Shown piece by piece: positions 35,831-46,049 of a DNA stretch of 64,000 bases. This DNA comes from an uncultured delta proteobacterium (lineage in GTDB: Bacteria > Desulfobacterota > Binatia > HRBIN30 > BPIQ01): NCBI GenBank assembly GCA_963761335.1, contig CAVXGR010000017.1:288001-352000 (forward strand), written 5' to 3'. Below the pieces are notes generated by a model, which ran no database searches, was not told the origin of the DNA, and was given only the letters and a program-made list of their open reading frames with translations. Positions within the stretch are counted from its first letter, which is position 1. The number at the start of each line of letters is the position of its first letter. Both the position numbers and the translations under genes were made by a program.

Positions 35831-37902
35831 GGCCGGTGCTGCCCGACTCTGCGTCGGAGAAGAATTCCGACCAGGGGCGCCAGAAGCACAAGAGGCGCCG
35901 CCCGGCCGGTGCTTCCGCCGGTAGCGCAGCCTCCGTTGCCGGGTGGCGCCGCTTGGCTGCGGTAGCTCAGGATGCTGCCCCCGTAGCTGATGGCATAGAG
36001 CGTGGACGGATCGCGCGGGTCAACGAGCAAGCGGGAGTTGCCACTCACAAACCCGTCGCTCAAGGGATTCCAGGTGCGGCCGCCATCGATACTCTTCGCG
36101 ACGCCGGCGTCGGCAGCGTAAATGGTTCCCGCAACCGAGGGATCGAAGGCCAGGGCGAAGACGAGGCCGATGCCGGTCCCGGTGACCTCGGTCCAGCTGT
36201 CGCCGCGGTCGCTGCTGGTGAAGAGCCCATTGTTGATGGCTGCGAAGACCCTCGCAGGGGCATAGGGGTCGGCGGCGACGGCATAGACCTGATAGGTGAC
36301 GAAACCTGCGATCGTCAGCGGAACCCAGGTATCGCCGCCGTTGCTGCTGCGGTACACCGCTCCCCCATCGCCGCCTGGAGTCGCGGCATAGATGGTCGGG
36401 CGCTGTTCGTCTGTGATTTCGAAACCGAAGATCGGGACGTTCTCGATGCCCGCATTCGCCGGGCGCCAGGTGGCGCCGGCATCGTCGCTCCTGAACACGC
36501 CCTGCTCGGTCCCGGCGTAGAGAACCTCACCGTTTGCTCCGCCGACAGCGACTCCGAGGATCCTCGGCGGCAGTCCCTCGCTGATCGACTGCCAGGACTC
36601 CGCACGGTCCCGGCTCCGAAAGAGCAGCCCCTCCCTTGTCGTCGCGAGGAGGAAGGAAGGATTTCTCGCATCGATGAGCAACTGGCTCACGTCGCTGTCC
36701 AGGCCGGCATCCTCGGGTGACCAGGTGCGCCCCGCATCGTCGCTTCGATACGCGTAGTGGTCGCACCGGGCGAAAGAACCACTGCTGCCTGCATAGAAAG
36801 TCTCAGGCTGCTGCGGATCAATGGCCAGGGAATAGACGGAACAGGGGAGCCCCTCGGCGGTCGTCGTCCAGCTTCTGCCTCCGTCGTCGCTTCTGGAATA
36901 GCCGGCGTACAGGCGATCCGCATCGCTGGCATCGACCGCCAGAGCCATCACCGCTTGACCGGTTTCCGCCGCGGGATCCCACCGGCGCCCTCCGTCCTCT
37001 GATTTGAAGACGGAATATTCGGCCACGCCGTAGAGAGTCGTCGGCCGCTGCAGGCGAAGTGCGATGCGTCTCATGTACTTGACCTGATCGCCCTCGCTGG
37101 CGGACGCCCAGGTCCTGGCGCCGTCGACCGTCTCGAACACCCCATCGCCGTCGGTGGCGGCGTAGAGCGTGGAAGGGGCCAGGGGGTTGATTGCGAGATC
37201 CTCGACGTCCGGGTTGGTCAGCCCCTGGTTCATCTGCGTCCAGCTCTCACCGCCGTCGTCGCTCCTGAAGACCCCCCCGTCGGTCGTGGTGAGACTCCGG
37301 CCATCGTTCGCGGTCGCGTACACGACCGAGGGGTGCTGCGGGTCAATGACGACGGCCGTGACCTGCACGTTCAGGAAGTCGTAGCTGAAGCCGGCGTTGA
37401 CCTCGCGCCAGGATTCGCCCCCGTCGTCGGACTTGAACATGCCGAAGTAGGATGTGCCGGCATACACCGTGTTCTCGTCCAGCGGATCGATCGCGATCGC
37501 GGCGACTCTGAAGGTGAAGAGGCCATTGCTCCGGTGGGTCCACGAGAGGCCGGCGTCTTCACTCTTCTCGATTCCCCCCGCGCCGGTCCCCGCATAGATC
37601 ACCTCGGGCCGCGAGGGAGCCACGGCGAGCGAGAGAACGGCGGCGATTGGCAGGCCGCGATTGATGGTGCCCCAGCTCTCTCCGCCGTCCTCGCTCTTGA
37701 AGATGCCGAGGTTGTCGGTACCGGCGTAGACGGTGTCGAAGTCGCGGGGGTCGACCGCGAGCGTCATGATCCGCTGCGTGCGGATGTCGGGACTCGTCCA
37801 TATACCGTCCCCGGCAGTCGCTGCGGAAACATGCGCGAGCAGAAGCAGCGCCCCGAGGAGCAGTGCGCGGCGGCGAGACAGGCGATTCCCTTCGGCAGCC
37901 AC
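35827..37902 (-). CDS. secreted BNR/Asp-box (sortilin-like) beta-propeller protein with MYXO-CTERM-like tail
   Basis: More than 10 SxDGGxSW boxes; signal RRRALLLGALLLLAHVSAATA; NGGCATG...PLVGILLRRR; start uncertain (GTG 37902). Confidence 0.85.
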   Translation of the reverse strand: MAAEGNRLSRRRALLLGALLLLAHVSAATAGDGIWTSPDIRTQRIMTLAVDPRDFDTVYAGTDNLGIFKSEDGGESWGTINRGLPIAAVLSLAVAPSRPEVIYAGTGAGGIEKSEDAGLSWTHRSNGLFTFRVAAIAIDPLDENTVYAGTSYFGMFKSDDGGESWREVNAGFSYDFLNVQVTAVVIDPQHPSVVYATANDGRSLTTTDGGVFRSDDGGESWTQMNQGLTNPDVEDLAINPLAPSTLYAATDGDGVFETVDGARTWASASEGDQVKYMRRIALRLQRPTTLYGVAEYSVFKSEDGGRRWDPAAETGQAVMALAVDASDADRLYAGYSRSDDGGRSWTTTAEGLPCSVYSLAIDPQQPETFYAGSSGSFARCDHYAYRSDDAGRTWSPEDAGLDSDVSQLLIDARNPSFLLATTREGLLFRSRDRAESWQSISEGLPPRILGVAVGGANGEVLYAGTEQGVFRSDDAGATWRPANAGIENVPIFGFEITDEQRPTIYAATPGGDGGAVYRSSNGGDTWVPLTIAGFVTYQVYAVAADPYAPARVFAAINNGLFTSSDRGDSWTEVTGTGIGLVFALAFDPSVAGTIYAADAGVAKSIDGGRTWNPLSDGFVSGNSRLLVDPRDPSTLYAISYGGSILSYRSQAAPPGNGGCATGGSTGRAAPLVLLAPLVGILLRRRVGQHRP

Positions 37903-37912
37903 TCTGAAGAGT

Positions 37913-39745
37913 CTAGGGGCCGGTATGCGGATTTGAAAGCGGAAACTTTGCGGATCGCGCCCGGCGTTCGGCGATGAGCTCCGCGATGCGGTCCGAGGCC
38001 TGAGGTCGGCCCCTGGTTGCGAGGGGACGAGGGTTGATGGCCCTCGACCGCTCGAATGCGTCGATGGCATCGTCGATGTCGCCTCTGCGTTCAAATACGA
38101 GGCCGAGGTTGTAGAAGAGGACGTCGTTCCGCGGCGCGGCGGCAGCCGCGCGAGCGAACTCCTGACGCGCTCGCTTCCAGTTGGTCGTTTGGAAGGTGAA
38201 CCCGAGCATGTAATGGAAGTGGCCGATCAGGTTGCGGGTCAGATGGTCCTTCGGGATGCTGGGATCATCCTCGCCCGGAAGCACGGTCATGGGAATGACC
38301 GGGGCGGGCGGCGGAGGTCCGGCCCGCCAGACTCGGAAAACCAATCCGTAAGGAACGATTTCGAGCGACGGTAGACTCCAGTTCGGATGATGCGTGAGAA
38401 AGAGCGGCTCCGTCTCCGGATTGAACCGCAGAGGCGGCAGGTCGGCCGCGCCGATTCCTTGCGGGATGAGGTCCAGGTCCGGCCTGCGGCCCTCGACCAT
38501 GGTGAGGTAGAGCAGAACGAAGAGGATATTGTCGTCGCTGGCGATCAGATGCGCTCCCGGCGGCAGCGAGCGGAGGATGCCCAGCGAAAACTCTTCAGCG
38601 ATGCGATATCGGCTCCGGTCGAACTGCGCCCAGCCGGTCAGCAGCAGGAAGGCAGGTACCAGCAGGGGCAAGGCGTGCGCCCCCCGAGGTAGACGCGCGA
38701 TGAGCGCGTCGCACCCGATCGCCGCCAGAATCGCCGCCATGATGTACGAGGGGATATAGTAGCGGTGCCAGATGAAAATATCGGAGCGCGAGCCGTGCAC
38801 TGCGAGGGCGGTGAGATTGCCCGCCATCACCAGCAGGGAGAGGGAGATGGGCCAGTGGCGGCGCCGTCCCGCGAACAGCCCGGCGACCGCCAGCGCCGCG
38901 CCGACGTACCCGAGCTCCACGGCGACGCCGCGCAGGTAGTCCGCCGTGATCGGCAGCAGATCGTACGGGCTCTCCATCCAGGCGCGTCCCCAGAAATCCC
39001 GGCGGAGAAGGACGGCCAGAAAGGCACGCGGCGTTTCCGGATTGCCCCAGTCGAGCAACGGGTGCATGCGCGCGCGCAGGGGCAGGTACAGGTAGGGGAG
39101 CAGCCCCAGGAGGAAGGCGGCTGCTACTGCGGCAAGCGTCTTCGGACGGCGCAGGATCGAAGGCTCCGTCGCGACGGCGACAACCGCCAGAGCAGCGGCG
39201 AAGACGATCATGAAAGCGTGGTTCGTCGCACCCAAGGCGCAGACGAAAAAGCTCAGGGCCAGGAGCCGGTCGGTGCGGCGCTGATGCCAGCGCGTGGCAG
39301 CCATCGTCGCGGCAACGACAAAAAGCGCGCCGAGGCTGTAGACGCGTTGGATGTTGGCCTGCGACCAGAAGCTCGGCGCGAAGGCGAGCAGCAGGGCTCC
39401 CAGGATCGCGGCGATCGGGTGCATACGCAGCTGGCGGCAGAGAAGATAGAGCAGACCGCAGGCAAGGGAGGCGCAGGCGGCGCTGAACAAGCTCATGCGC
39501 AAGGCGACCGAGCCGAAAGGAACGAGGATCGTCCAGAGCTTCCCCGCCAGGACGTAGAGCGGATAGCCGGTAGGATGGGGGATGCCCAGCACGTGGACCG
39601 CGGTGACCAGCTCGCCGCTGTCGCCGACGTATATCGTCGGACATGCCCCGGTCGCGTAGATCAGAAACAGCGAGATGACCAGTGTGACCGCCCAGAAGCC
39701 GTCGCGGCGACTCTCGCCCCGGTTGCGTCTCCGCGATGAAAGCAT
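37913..39745 (-). CDS. DUF2723 / TMEM260-like GT-C glycosyltransferase with C-terminal TPR
   Basis: GDSGEL...LGIPHPTGYPLY, FWSQA...VYSL, TNH, YLYLPLRA..P..DWGNP, SDDN; start may be 39814. Confidence 0.88.
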   Translation of the reverse strand: MLSSRRRNRGESRRDGFWAVTLVISLFLIYATGACPTIYVGDSGELVTAVHVLGIPHPTGYPLYVLAGKLWTILVPFGSVALRMSLFSAACASLACGLLYLLCRQLRMHPIAAILGALLLAFAPSFWSQANIQRVYSLGALFVVAATMAATRWHQRRTDRLLALSFFVCALGATNHAFMIVFAAALAVVAVATEPSILRRPKTLAAVAAAFLLGLLPYLYLPLRARMHPLLDWGNPETPRAFLAVLLRRDFWGRAWMESPYDLLPITADYLRGVAVELGYVGAALAVAGLFAGRRRHWPISLSLLVMAGNLTALAVHGSRSDIFIWHRYYIPSYIMAAILAAIGCDALIARLPRGAHALPLLVPAFLLLTGWAQFDRSRYRIAEEFSLGILRSLPPGAHLIASDDNILFVLLYLTMVEGRRPDLDLIPQGIGAADLPPLRFNPETEPLFLTHHPNWSLPSLEIVPYGLVFRVWRAGPPPPAPVIPMTVLPGEDDPSIPKDHLTRNLIGHFHYMLGFTFQTTNWKRARQEFARAAAAAPRNDVLFYNLGLVFERRGDIDDAIDAFERSRAINPRPLATRGRPQASDRIAELIAERRARSAKFPLSNPHTGP

Positions 39746-39938
39746 CACCCGGGCAAGGCGAATGAGCTGTTCGATCTGGTTCGGCCTGGCATTTTGGAGT
39801 TTTGACCCCTTCATAACTGACTGTGCATCGCGGCGACAACCGAGTGACCTATCGCGGGGCACCTCCTTCTTGTCGGCGCGCCGGCTGGCGCGCTATGGTC
39901 GCGGTGCTTTTGGCGGCAGAACGACAGGGGAGGTGCGT

Positions 39939-40985
39939 ATGAAAGCCTTGGTGTTGGCGCGCTACGGGGACCCCGCGAGCGCCTTCGAGCTGCGTGAGAT
40001 GCCGACGCCCGAGCCGGGCGCCGGACAGGTGCGCGTCGCGGTCGAAGCCTTCGGGCTGAACTACGCGGACGTCTCGGCGCGCCAGGGCACCTACGCCGAC
40101 GCCCCGCCGCTGCCGTGCGTCATCGGCTACGACGTCGTCGGCCGTATCGACGCCCTCGGCCCCGGCGTCGACAACCACCGCGTCGGCCAGCGGGTGACGG
40201 CGCTCAGCCGGTTCGGCGGCTATGCTACCAGTGCCATCACCGACGCGCGCGCCGTGGCCGCGATTCCCGACGACATGGACGCGGGCGTGGCTGCGGCTCT
40301 GCCCACACAGGGATGTACGGCGTACTACTGCGCCGAGGAGATGGTGCGGATGTACGAAGGGGACCACGTTCTGGTCCAGGCGGCCGCCGGCGGCGTGGGC
40401 ACGTTACTGGTGCAGCTCGCCAAGCGGCGCGGCTGTGTCGTCTACGGGACCGCCGGCTCGGAATCCAAGCTCGACTACCTGCGCGGCATGGGCGTCGACC
40501 ATCCCATCAACTACCGGCGGCAGGACTTCGCCGAGGCCGTGCGCGCACTGCGCGGCGACGACGGCCTCGACGTCGTCTTCGACTCGCTCGGCGGCGCCGC
40601 GGTTCGCAAGGGGCTCAAGCTGCTGGCGCCCGGCGGCCGCATCGTCTGCTTCGGTGCCGCGGAGCGCGAGGCGGGGCGCTTCCAGATCCTGCGCGACATC
40701 CAGTTCGCCGCCTCCTTCGGCTTCCCGCACCCGATTCCGCTGCTGATGAGCTCGAAGGGGTTGATCGGGGTGAACATGCTGCGCATCGCCGATCACCGGC
40801 CCCTGGTGCTGAAGCGCTGTCTCCAGGCCGTGGTCGATCTGGGTCTCAGCGGCGGTATCCGACCCACTGTGGGCGGCCGTTTCCCCGCCGAGCAGCTGGC
40901 CGCGGCGCACGAGTTTCTCGAGAGCCGCCGATCCACGGGAAAGATCGTGGTCACCTGGGACGGACGCGCCGCAGCGTCCGCCTGA
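39939..40985 (+). CDS. NADPH:quinone oxidoreductase-like MDR (VAT-1-like)
   Basis: GLNYAD..R.G.Y, FGGYA, AAAGGVG, VFDSLGG, STGKIV; GGAGG RBS. Confidence 0.92.
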   Translation: MKALVLARYGDPASAFELREMPTPEPGAGQVRVAVEAFGLNYADVSARQGTYADAPPLPCVIGYDVVGRIDALGPGVDNHRVGQRVTALSRFGGYATSAITDARAVAAIPDDMDAGVAAALPTQGCTAYYCAEEMVRMYEGDHVLVQAAAGGVGTLLVQLAKRRGCVVYGTAGSESKLDYLRGMGVDHPINYRRQDFAEAVRALRGDDGLDVVFDSLGGAAVRKGLKLLAPGGRIVCFGAAEREAGRFQILRDIQFAASFGFPHPIPLLMSSKGLIGVNMLRIADHRPLVLKRCLQAVVDLGLSGGIRPTVGGRFPAEQLAAAHEFLESRRSTGKIVVTWDGRAAASA

Positions 40986-41043
40986 GCCGATCGCTGAAGG
41001 TGACTCCAGGTCACTCGCAGGGGCAGGTGGTGCGGAGACGGCG

Positions 41044-42537
41044 GTGAGCGAGAGAAGCGAGCGAATTCTCGTCTATCTGGCGGCCGCCGCCTACGGTCTG
41101 ACGTTCTGGTATCTGCCGGCGCACGATCCCGACCTCGGCTGGCATCTCGCCGGCGGCGCCTGGATCACGCGGATGCACGAGCTGCCGTCCGCCGACTTCA
41201 TCAACAGCTTCAACCCCCGCTGGCACGACTACCACTGGCTGGCGCAGATCGGTCTCTACGCCCTCTACCGGATCGGCAGCTACGAGCTGCTGCGCGGCGC
41301 TCTCGGGGTGCTCATGGCGGTGCTCTCGGTGGTGGTGATGAGCATCATCCTCTCGTGCTCGCGCCGCCGGCCCGCTTCGCTCCTGCACCTGGCGGCCTTT
41401 CTCGGCGCCATGATCCTGGTCGGCAACGTCGCCGCGGTGCGCCCGCAGATGCTCTCGATCCTGCTTCTGGCGCTTGCCCTCCGCCGGCTTTTGCAGCGGC
41501 CGACATGGTGGGAGCTGCCGTACCTCTTCGGGCTCGCGGTGCTGGCGGCCAACGTGCACGTGTACTGGGTGTTCATTCCGACGCTCTGGGCCTTGTATCG
41601 CGCCCTGCCGCGTTTGCTGCGGCGCCGCGCCGCGACCCCGGCATATGCCTGGGGCGGCCTGGCACTGCTCGGCGCCGCCGCCCTGGTCTCACCCTACGGG
41701 CTGGTGCCTTTCGGGGCGCCGCCGCACGTGTGGTTCATGAACTACGCGCTCATCTGGGATTATCTGACCATGCCGGCGCAGCTGAGCGGGGTTATCCACG
41801 AGTTCAAGAGCGCGCTCGCTGCCGACTTTCCCATTCCGCTGGTGATGGTCGTCTACGTCGCCGTTGCGGCGCGGAGCTTTCGCGGGCGACGGGCGCTGGC
41901 GGATCTGCCGAATGCGGTCGCCGCCGCGCTGAGCGGTGTCCTCGCCCTCCGCGAGCTGAAGTTCATCGCCGTCTTCGGGATCCTGGGACTGCCCTACTTC
42001 GTCCGTCACGCCGCGGTTCCGTGGCAGCGAAAGCTGGTGGAGCGCCTGCCGTGGCTGCGGATTGCGCAGCCGGTTCTGGTGCTCGTGCTGCTCGGCGGCT
42101 CGCTGGCGCACGCCGCCCGGCACTTTCCGTGGACCGCGCCGAACAACGTCTATCTCCTCGAGATGCAGCCGATCGAGGCCTGCCGGCGCATCGCCTCGCT
42201 CGACCTGCCACCGCCGAAGCACGGGCACTACCGGGTGCTGACGCACTTCAATCACGGCGGCTGGTGTCGCTTCGAGATCTACGAGCAGAATCCGGATGCC
42301 GACTTCCGAGTCACCACCGACGGGCGCACCCAGGGGGTTCCGCCGGAACATTTCCTCCTGGGCTTCGATCTGTACAACATGCAGAACGATGCCTTGCAGA
42401 CCCTGAAGCGCTGGGACCCGGACGTTATCGTGGTACCGGTCTCGAAGGCCTTGGCGAAGTTCCTGGCGCTGGCGCCGGCGGAGTATCGGTTGGTCTATCA
42501 CGACGCCAACTTCGCAGTCTTCGTGCCCACGCACTGA
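41044..42537 (+). CDS. polytopic membrane protein, possible GT-C glycosyltransferase
   Basis: DPDLGWHLAGG..I...P..D...W...HWL, VRPQM, ANVH, C-terminal GGW...DGRT; many TM segments. Confidence 0.7.
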   Translation: MSERSERILVYLAAAAYGLTFWYLPAHDPDLGWHLAGGAWITRMHELPSADFINSFNPRWHDYHWLAQIGLYALYRIGSYELLRGALGVLMAVLSVVVMSIILSCSRRRPASLLHLAAFLGAMILVGNVAAVRPQMLSILLLALALRRLLQRPTWWELPYLFGLAVLAANVHVYWVFIPTLWALYRALPRLLRRRAATPAYAWGGLALLGAAALVSPYGLVPFGAPPHVWFMNYALIWDYLTMPAQLSGVIHEFKSALAADFPIPLVMVVYVAVAARSFRGRRALADLPNAVAAALSGVLALRELKFIAVFGILGLPYFVRHAAVPWQRKLVERLPWLRIAQPVLVLVLLGGSLAHAARHFPWTAPNNVYLLEMQPIEACRRIASLDLPPPKHGHYRVLTHFNHGGWCRFEIYEQNPDADFRVTTDGRTQGVPPEHFLLGFDLYNMQNDALQTLKRWDPDVIVVPVSKALAKFLALAPAEYRLVYHDANFAVFVPTH

Positions 42538-42573
42538 CGCCGGGGCCGGCTGCGCTGCCCGCTGCGGTGGCCG

Positions 42574-43236
42574 TCAACCGTCGATCGATATATCCGCGAG
42601 GACCTCGAAGCGGTCGATGACGAATCGCGGCTGTAGGGCGCGCAGGCTTTCGGCCGTGTGCATGCCGTAGGTGACGGCACAGGTGGCCACGCCGGCGGCA
42701 TGGCCCATCTGTACGTCGAAGCTGGTGTCGCCGACCATCAAGGTGCGGCTCGCCTCTGCGGGGAACTGCCGCCGCGCCAGGTGCACCATCTCGGGGTGCG
42801 GCTTGCCGCGGACGACACAGTCGCCGCCCAGCACCCCGTCGATGAGGTCGTCGATGCCACAGTGGCGCACGATATCCATGGCCGTCGCGCGCCCCTTGCT
42901 GGTCGCCACGACCAGCTTGGCTTGCGCCTTCCGCAGTCGCGCCAGGGTCGACCTGACGCCGCTGTAGAGGCGAAAGCGGCGGACGAAGTCGGGCGCGTCG
43001 GCGCACTGGCGGTAGCGCGCGCACAGAGCCGTGATCGCGGCTGGGTTCGCCGCCGCGGCGGCTGCGCGGAAGACCTCCTCGAGCGGCAGGCCGATCTGCG
43101 CGGCAATGAGGCGCTCGTCTGCGTCCGGCCAACCCAGGGCGCGCAGCGTGTCGTTGACCAAGGCGACGAGAATCGCCTGGCTGTCGACCAGAGTCCCGTC
43201 CATGTCGAGGAGCAAAAGATCGAAGCGCGCGCCCAT
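42574..43236 (-). CDS. HAD family hydrolase (phosphoglycolate phosphatase-like)
   Basis: LDMDGTLVDS, ATSK, GKPHP, MVGDTSFD. Confidence 0.93.
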   Translation of the reverse strand: MGARFDLLLLDMDGTLVDSQAILVALVNDTLRALGWPDADERLIAAQIGLPLEEVFRAAAAAANPAAITALCARYRQCADAPDFVRRFRLYSGVRSTLARLRKAQAKLVVATSKGRATAMDIVRHCGIDDLIDGVLGGDCVVRGKPHPEMVHLARRQFPAEASRTLMVGDTSFDVQMGHAAGVATCAVTYGMHTAESLRALQPRFVIDRFEVLADISIDG

Positions 43237-43327
43237 GGCGGTCTCTAGCAGCAGAGCCGGGCCCGGCTCAAGCCGCGGCTGGGTTGGGTGGAGCGTCGAT
43301 TTGATTCCGACGCACGGGCACCAGGTT

Positions 43328-43469
43328 CCTCTCCCCGCATTCCTCCGCGGGGAGAGGTCAGGTGAGGGGTCCCTTTCTATTCACTGAAAGCTCGTCGCTA
43401 TCCACGCACCTTCAAAGAAGGTCGGCACCCTCACCCCTGCCCCTCTCCCGCAGGCAATGCGGGAGAGGG
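43328..43469. repeat. inverted pair of CCCTCTCCC...GGGAGAGGG palindromic repeats
   Basis: CCTCTCCCCGC..GCGGGGAGAGG-TCAGGTGAGGGG and CCCTCACCCCTG-CCCTCTCCCGC..GCGGGAGAGGG. Confidence 0.8.
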
Positions 43470-43566
43470 CGACGTCAAAGGGCCCAAATGAATTGGTACA
43501 CTAACCTCGGTTATCGTTGCCCCGAGGTGAAATTGGGGCCAAGCTTGCGGCCAGGAGAATGTTCCG

Positions 43567-44490
43567 ATGACCTCATCCGCGACACTGCCGTCCAACGACT
43601 GGCCGGAGCTTCCTCTCGACGCCTGGAGCGAGACCTATGCGACCTTGCACATGTGGACGCAGATCGTCGGCAAGGTTCGTCTGGTGCAGACTCCACCGAT
43701 CAATCACTCCTGGCACGTCGCGCTCTACGTGACCGCCCGAGGGCTGACCACCTCGCCGATCCCGCACGGCACGCGGACCTTCGAGGTGCACTTCGACTTC
43801 ATCGCTCATCGGATCGCGGTCGAGTCGAACGACGGCGGCATCGGCGGCTTTGCGCTGCAGGCGCAATCGGTAGCGGCCTTCTACCGGCGTTTGATGCAGG
43901 AGATGAACGCGCTCGGCCTGCACGTCGACATCTACGGGCAACCGAACGAGGTGCCCGACCCGATCCGCTTCGACGAGGACGAGACGCACCGAGCCTACGA
44001 TTCGGAGTACGCCAATCGATTCTGGCGGGCGATGGTGCAGGCGGACCGGGTGTTCAAGGCATTTCGCGGGCGCTTCATCGGCAAGTGCAGCCCCGTGCAT
44101 TTCTTCTGGGGGGCTCCGGATCTCGCCGTCACGCGCTTCTCCGGGCGGCGCGCGCCCGAGCACCCGGGGGGCATCCCGCACCTCCCGGATCGGGTGACCC
44201 GCGAGGCGTACTCGCATGAGGTCAGCAGCTGCGGCTTCTGGCCCGGCGGCGGTCCGATTCCATACGCGGCCTTTTATTCCTACGCCTACCCGGAGCCCGC
44301 GGGCTTCGCGCAGGCAAAGATTCGACCCGCCGCGGCGTTCTACAGCGGCGACCTGCACGAGTTCATCCTGCCGTACGACGCCGTCCGCCAGTCCGCTTCT
44401 CCCGACGCCACGCTCCTCGAGTTCCTGCAGTCGACCTACGAGGCCGCGGCGACGCTGGGCAATTGGGACCGCGGCGCCCTGGAGAGGTAG
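43567..44490 (+). CDS. DUF5996 family protein
   Basis: WPEL..W..T..TLHMWTQIVGK, NHSWHV, GKCSPVHFFWG..DLAVTRFSGR, EAYSHEVSSCGFWPG, FYSYAYPEP. Confidence 0.9.
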   Translation: MTSSATLPSNDWPELPLDAWSETYATLHMWTQIVGKVRLVQTPPINHSWHVALYVTARGLTTSPIPHGTRTFEVHFDFIAHRIAVESNDGGIGGFALQAQSVAAFYRRLMQEMNALGLHVDIYGQPNEVPDPIRFDEDETHRAYDSEYANRFWRAMVQADRVFKAFRGRFIGKCSPVHFFWGAPDLAVTRFSGRRAPEHPGGIPHLPDRVTREAYSHEVSSCGFWPGGGPIPYAAFYSYAYPEPAGFAQAKIRPAAAFYSGDLHEFILPYDAVRQSASPDATLLEFLQSTYEAAATLGNWDRGALER

Positions 44491-44535
44491 TCGAGGGAGC
44501 CGACGGCGCCATGCCGGCGACGGTGATCGCTAGTG

Positions 44536-44953
44536 GGGGATTTTGAAATGAAACGCGGTCAACTTCGATCCACCACAACCCCCGCTTCGTTGAGCTGAAC
44601 CAGACTTCCCCAGGTTGCGTCTGTGGCCGGGAGCGAGGAGATCATTCGCCCCGGAGGGGCGCGGGCGTGTAGCCCCGGGTCTCTGACCCGGGGATCCCGA
44701 AGTCGACGTCCGTCGGCGCCCCGCCATGGGGCGCGGGCGCGGTTTTGACACAGGTCTCTGCATCCGGGCTTGCACGCCTGCGCCCCTGGCGGGGCGCATC
44801 GGGGAAGGCGGACCCGAAATCCCCGGGTCTCCGACCCGGGGCTACATGCCTGCGCCGGCTCCGCGGCGCGATCCCCCAGCCCAAATTGGGTCGTGGTGGA
44901 TTTGTTGGTAAGGGGATCTTGAAACGAAACGCGGTTGATCTCAAGATCCACCC
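44536..44953. repeat. composite repeat: inverted GTAG-REP pair flanked by an imperfect ~40-bp direct repeat
   Basis: GTAGCCCCGGGTCTCTGACCCGGGG (~44669) inverted against CCCCGGGTCTCCGACCCGGGGCTAC (~44821); GGGGATyTTGAAAyGAAACGCGGT..GATCCACC at 44536 and 44912. Confidence 0.75.
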
Positions 44954-45056
44954 GATGACGTGAGCCAGGCCGAACATGCCGTTCCACGCGACGCGCGAAA
45001 GGATACGCGTGTGTGAACGCCAAGGCGTTGGGCAGCAGGAAGGTAGTGTTGCGCTT

Positions 45057-46049
45057 ATGCGTGTGCTGGTTACGGGAAGCGCCGGACATCTCGGCGAGGG
45101 TCTCGTCCGGACTCTTCGAGACCGCCACCACGAGGTCGTGGGGATTGACCTTCTCGATTCACCCTTCACGACCCACATCGGCTCCGTGTCCGATCAGGAT
45201 TTCGTTCGAAGTTGCACTCGCGGCGTCGATTGGGTCATCCATGCGGCGACACTCCACAAGCCCCACATGGCAACGCATTCCCAGACCGCGTTCGTCGAGA
45301 CCAACATCGTAGGAACGCTCTGTGTGCTTGAAGCAGCGGTTCGAGAGGGCGTCTCCGGAGTCGTCTTCAGCAGCACCACGAGCACATTCGGAGCCGCGCT
45401 CGGACCTGCGGACGGACAGCCCGCCGTCTGGGTCACCGAGGACACGGGCTGCATTCCCAAGAACATCTACGGGACTACGAAGAAGGCCGCCGAGGATCTT
45501 TGCGAGCTGCTTTCCCGATCGAAGGACTTGCCGTGTGTCATCTTGCGAACGGCGCGGTTCTTCCCCGAAGCGGACGACGATCGGGACTTGCGGCAGCGGT
45601 ACGATGATCTCAATCTCAAGGTCAACGAGTATCTCTATCGACGGCTCGATCTGGCCGACGCCGTCGAGGCCCACATCCTCGCTGCTGAAAAGGCTAAGGC
45701 TCTCGGATTCGCGCGCTATATACTCAGCGCAACGAGTCCGTTCCAGCCAGAACATCTGGCCTTGCTTCGCACAGATGCCCCGGGGCTGGTTCGCCGCGTG
45801 TGTCCCGACTACGAGAATGTCTACCGGGAACGGGGCTGGACGATGCTCCCGACCGTCGACCGCGTCTACGTGAATCGCCGGGCAAGAGATGAGCTTGGCT
45901 GGAAACCGCGCTTCGACTTCGGGCGTGCCATTACTTCGCTGCGGCACGGCAACGACGTATTCAGCCCACTCGCAAGAGTGGTCGGAAGTAAGGGCTATCA
46001 CGCACAGACCTTCGAAGAAGGCCCGTATCCGGTCGAGAGGAGGGGGTAG
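45057..46049 (+). CDS. NAD-dependent epimerase/dehydratase
   Basis: VTGSAGHLG, HAATLHKPH, FSSTTS, YGTTK, RFFPE. Confidence 0.92.
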   Translation: MRVLVTGSAGHLGEGLVRTLRDRHHEVVGIDLLDSPFTTHIGSVSDQDFVRSCTRGVDWVIHAATLHKPHMATHSQTAFVETNIVGTLCVLEAAVREGVSGVVFSSTTSTFGAALGPADGQPAVWVTEDTGCIPKNIYGTTKKAAEDLCELLSRSKDLPCVILRTARFFPEADDDRDLRQRYDDLNLKVNEYLYRRLDLADAVEAHILAAEKAKALGFARYILSATSPFQPEHLALLRTDAPGLVRRVCPDYENVYRERGWTMLPTVDRVYVNRRARDELGWKPRFDFGRAITSLRHGNDVFSPLARVVGSKGYHAQTFEEGPYPVERRG

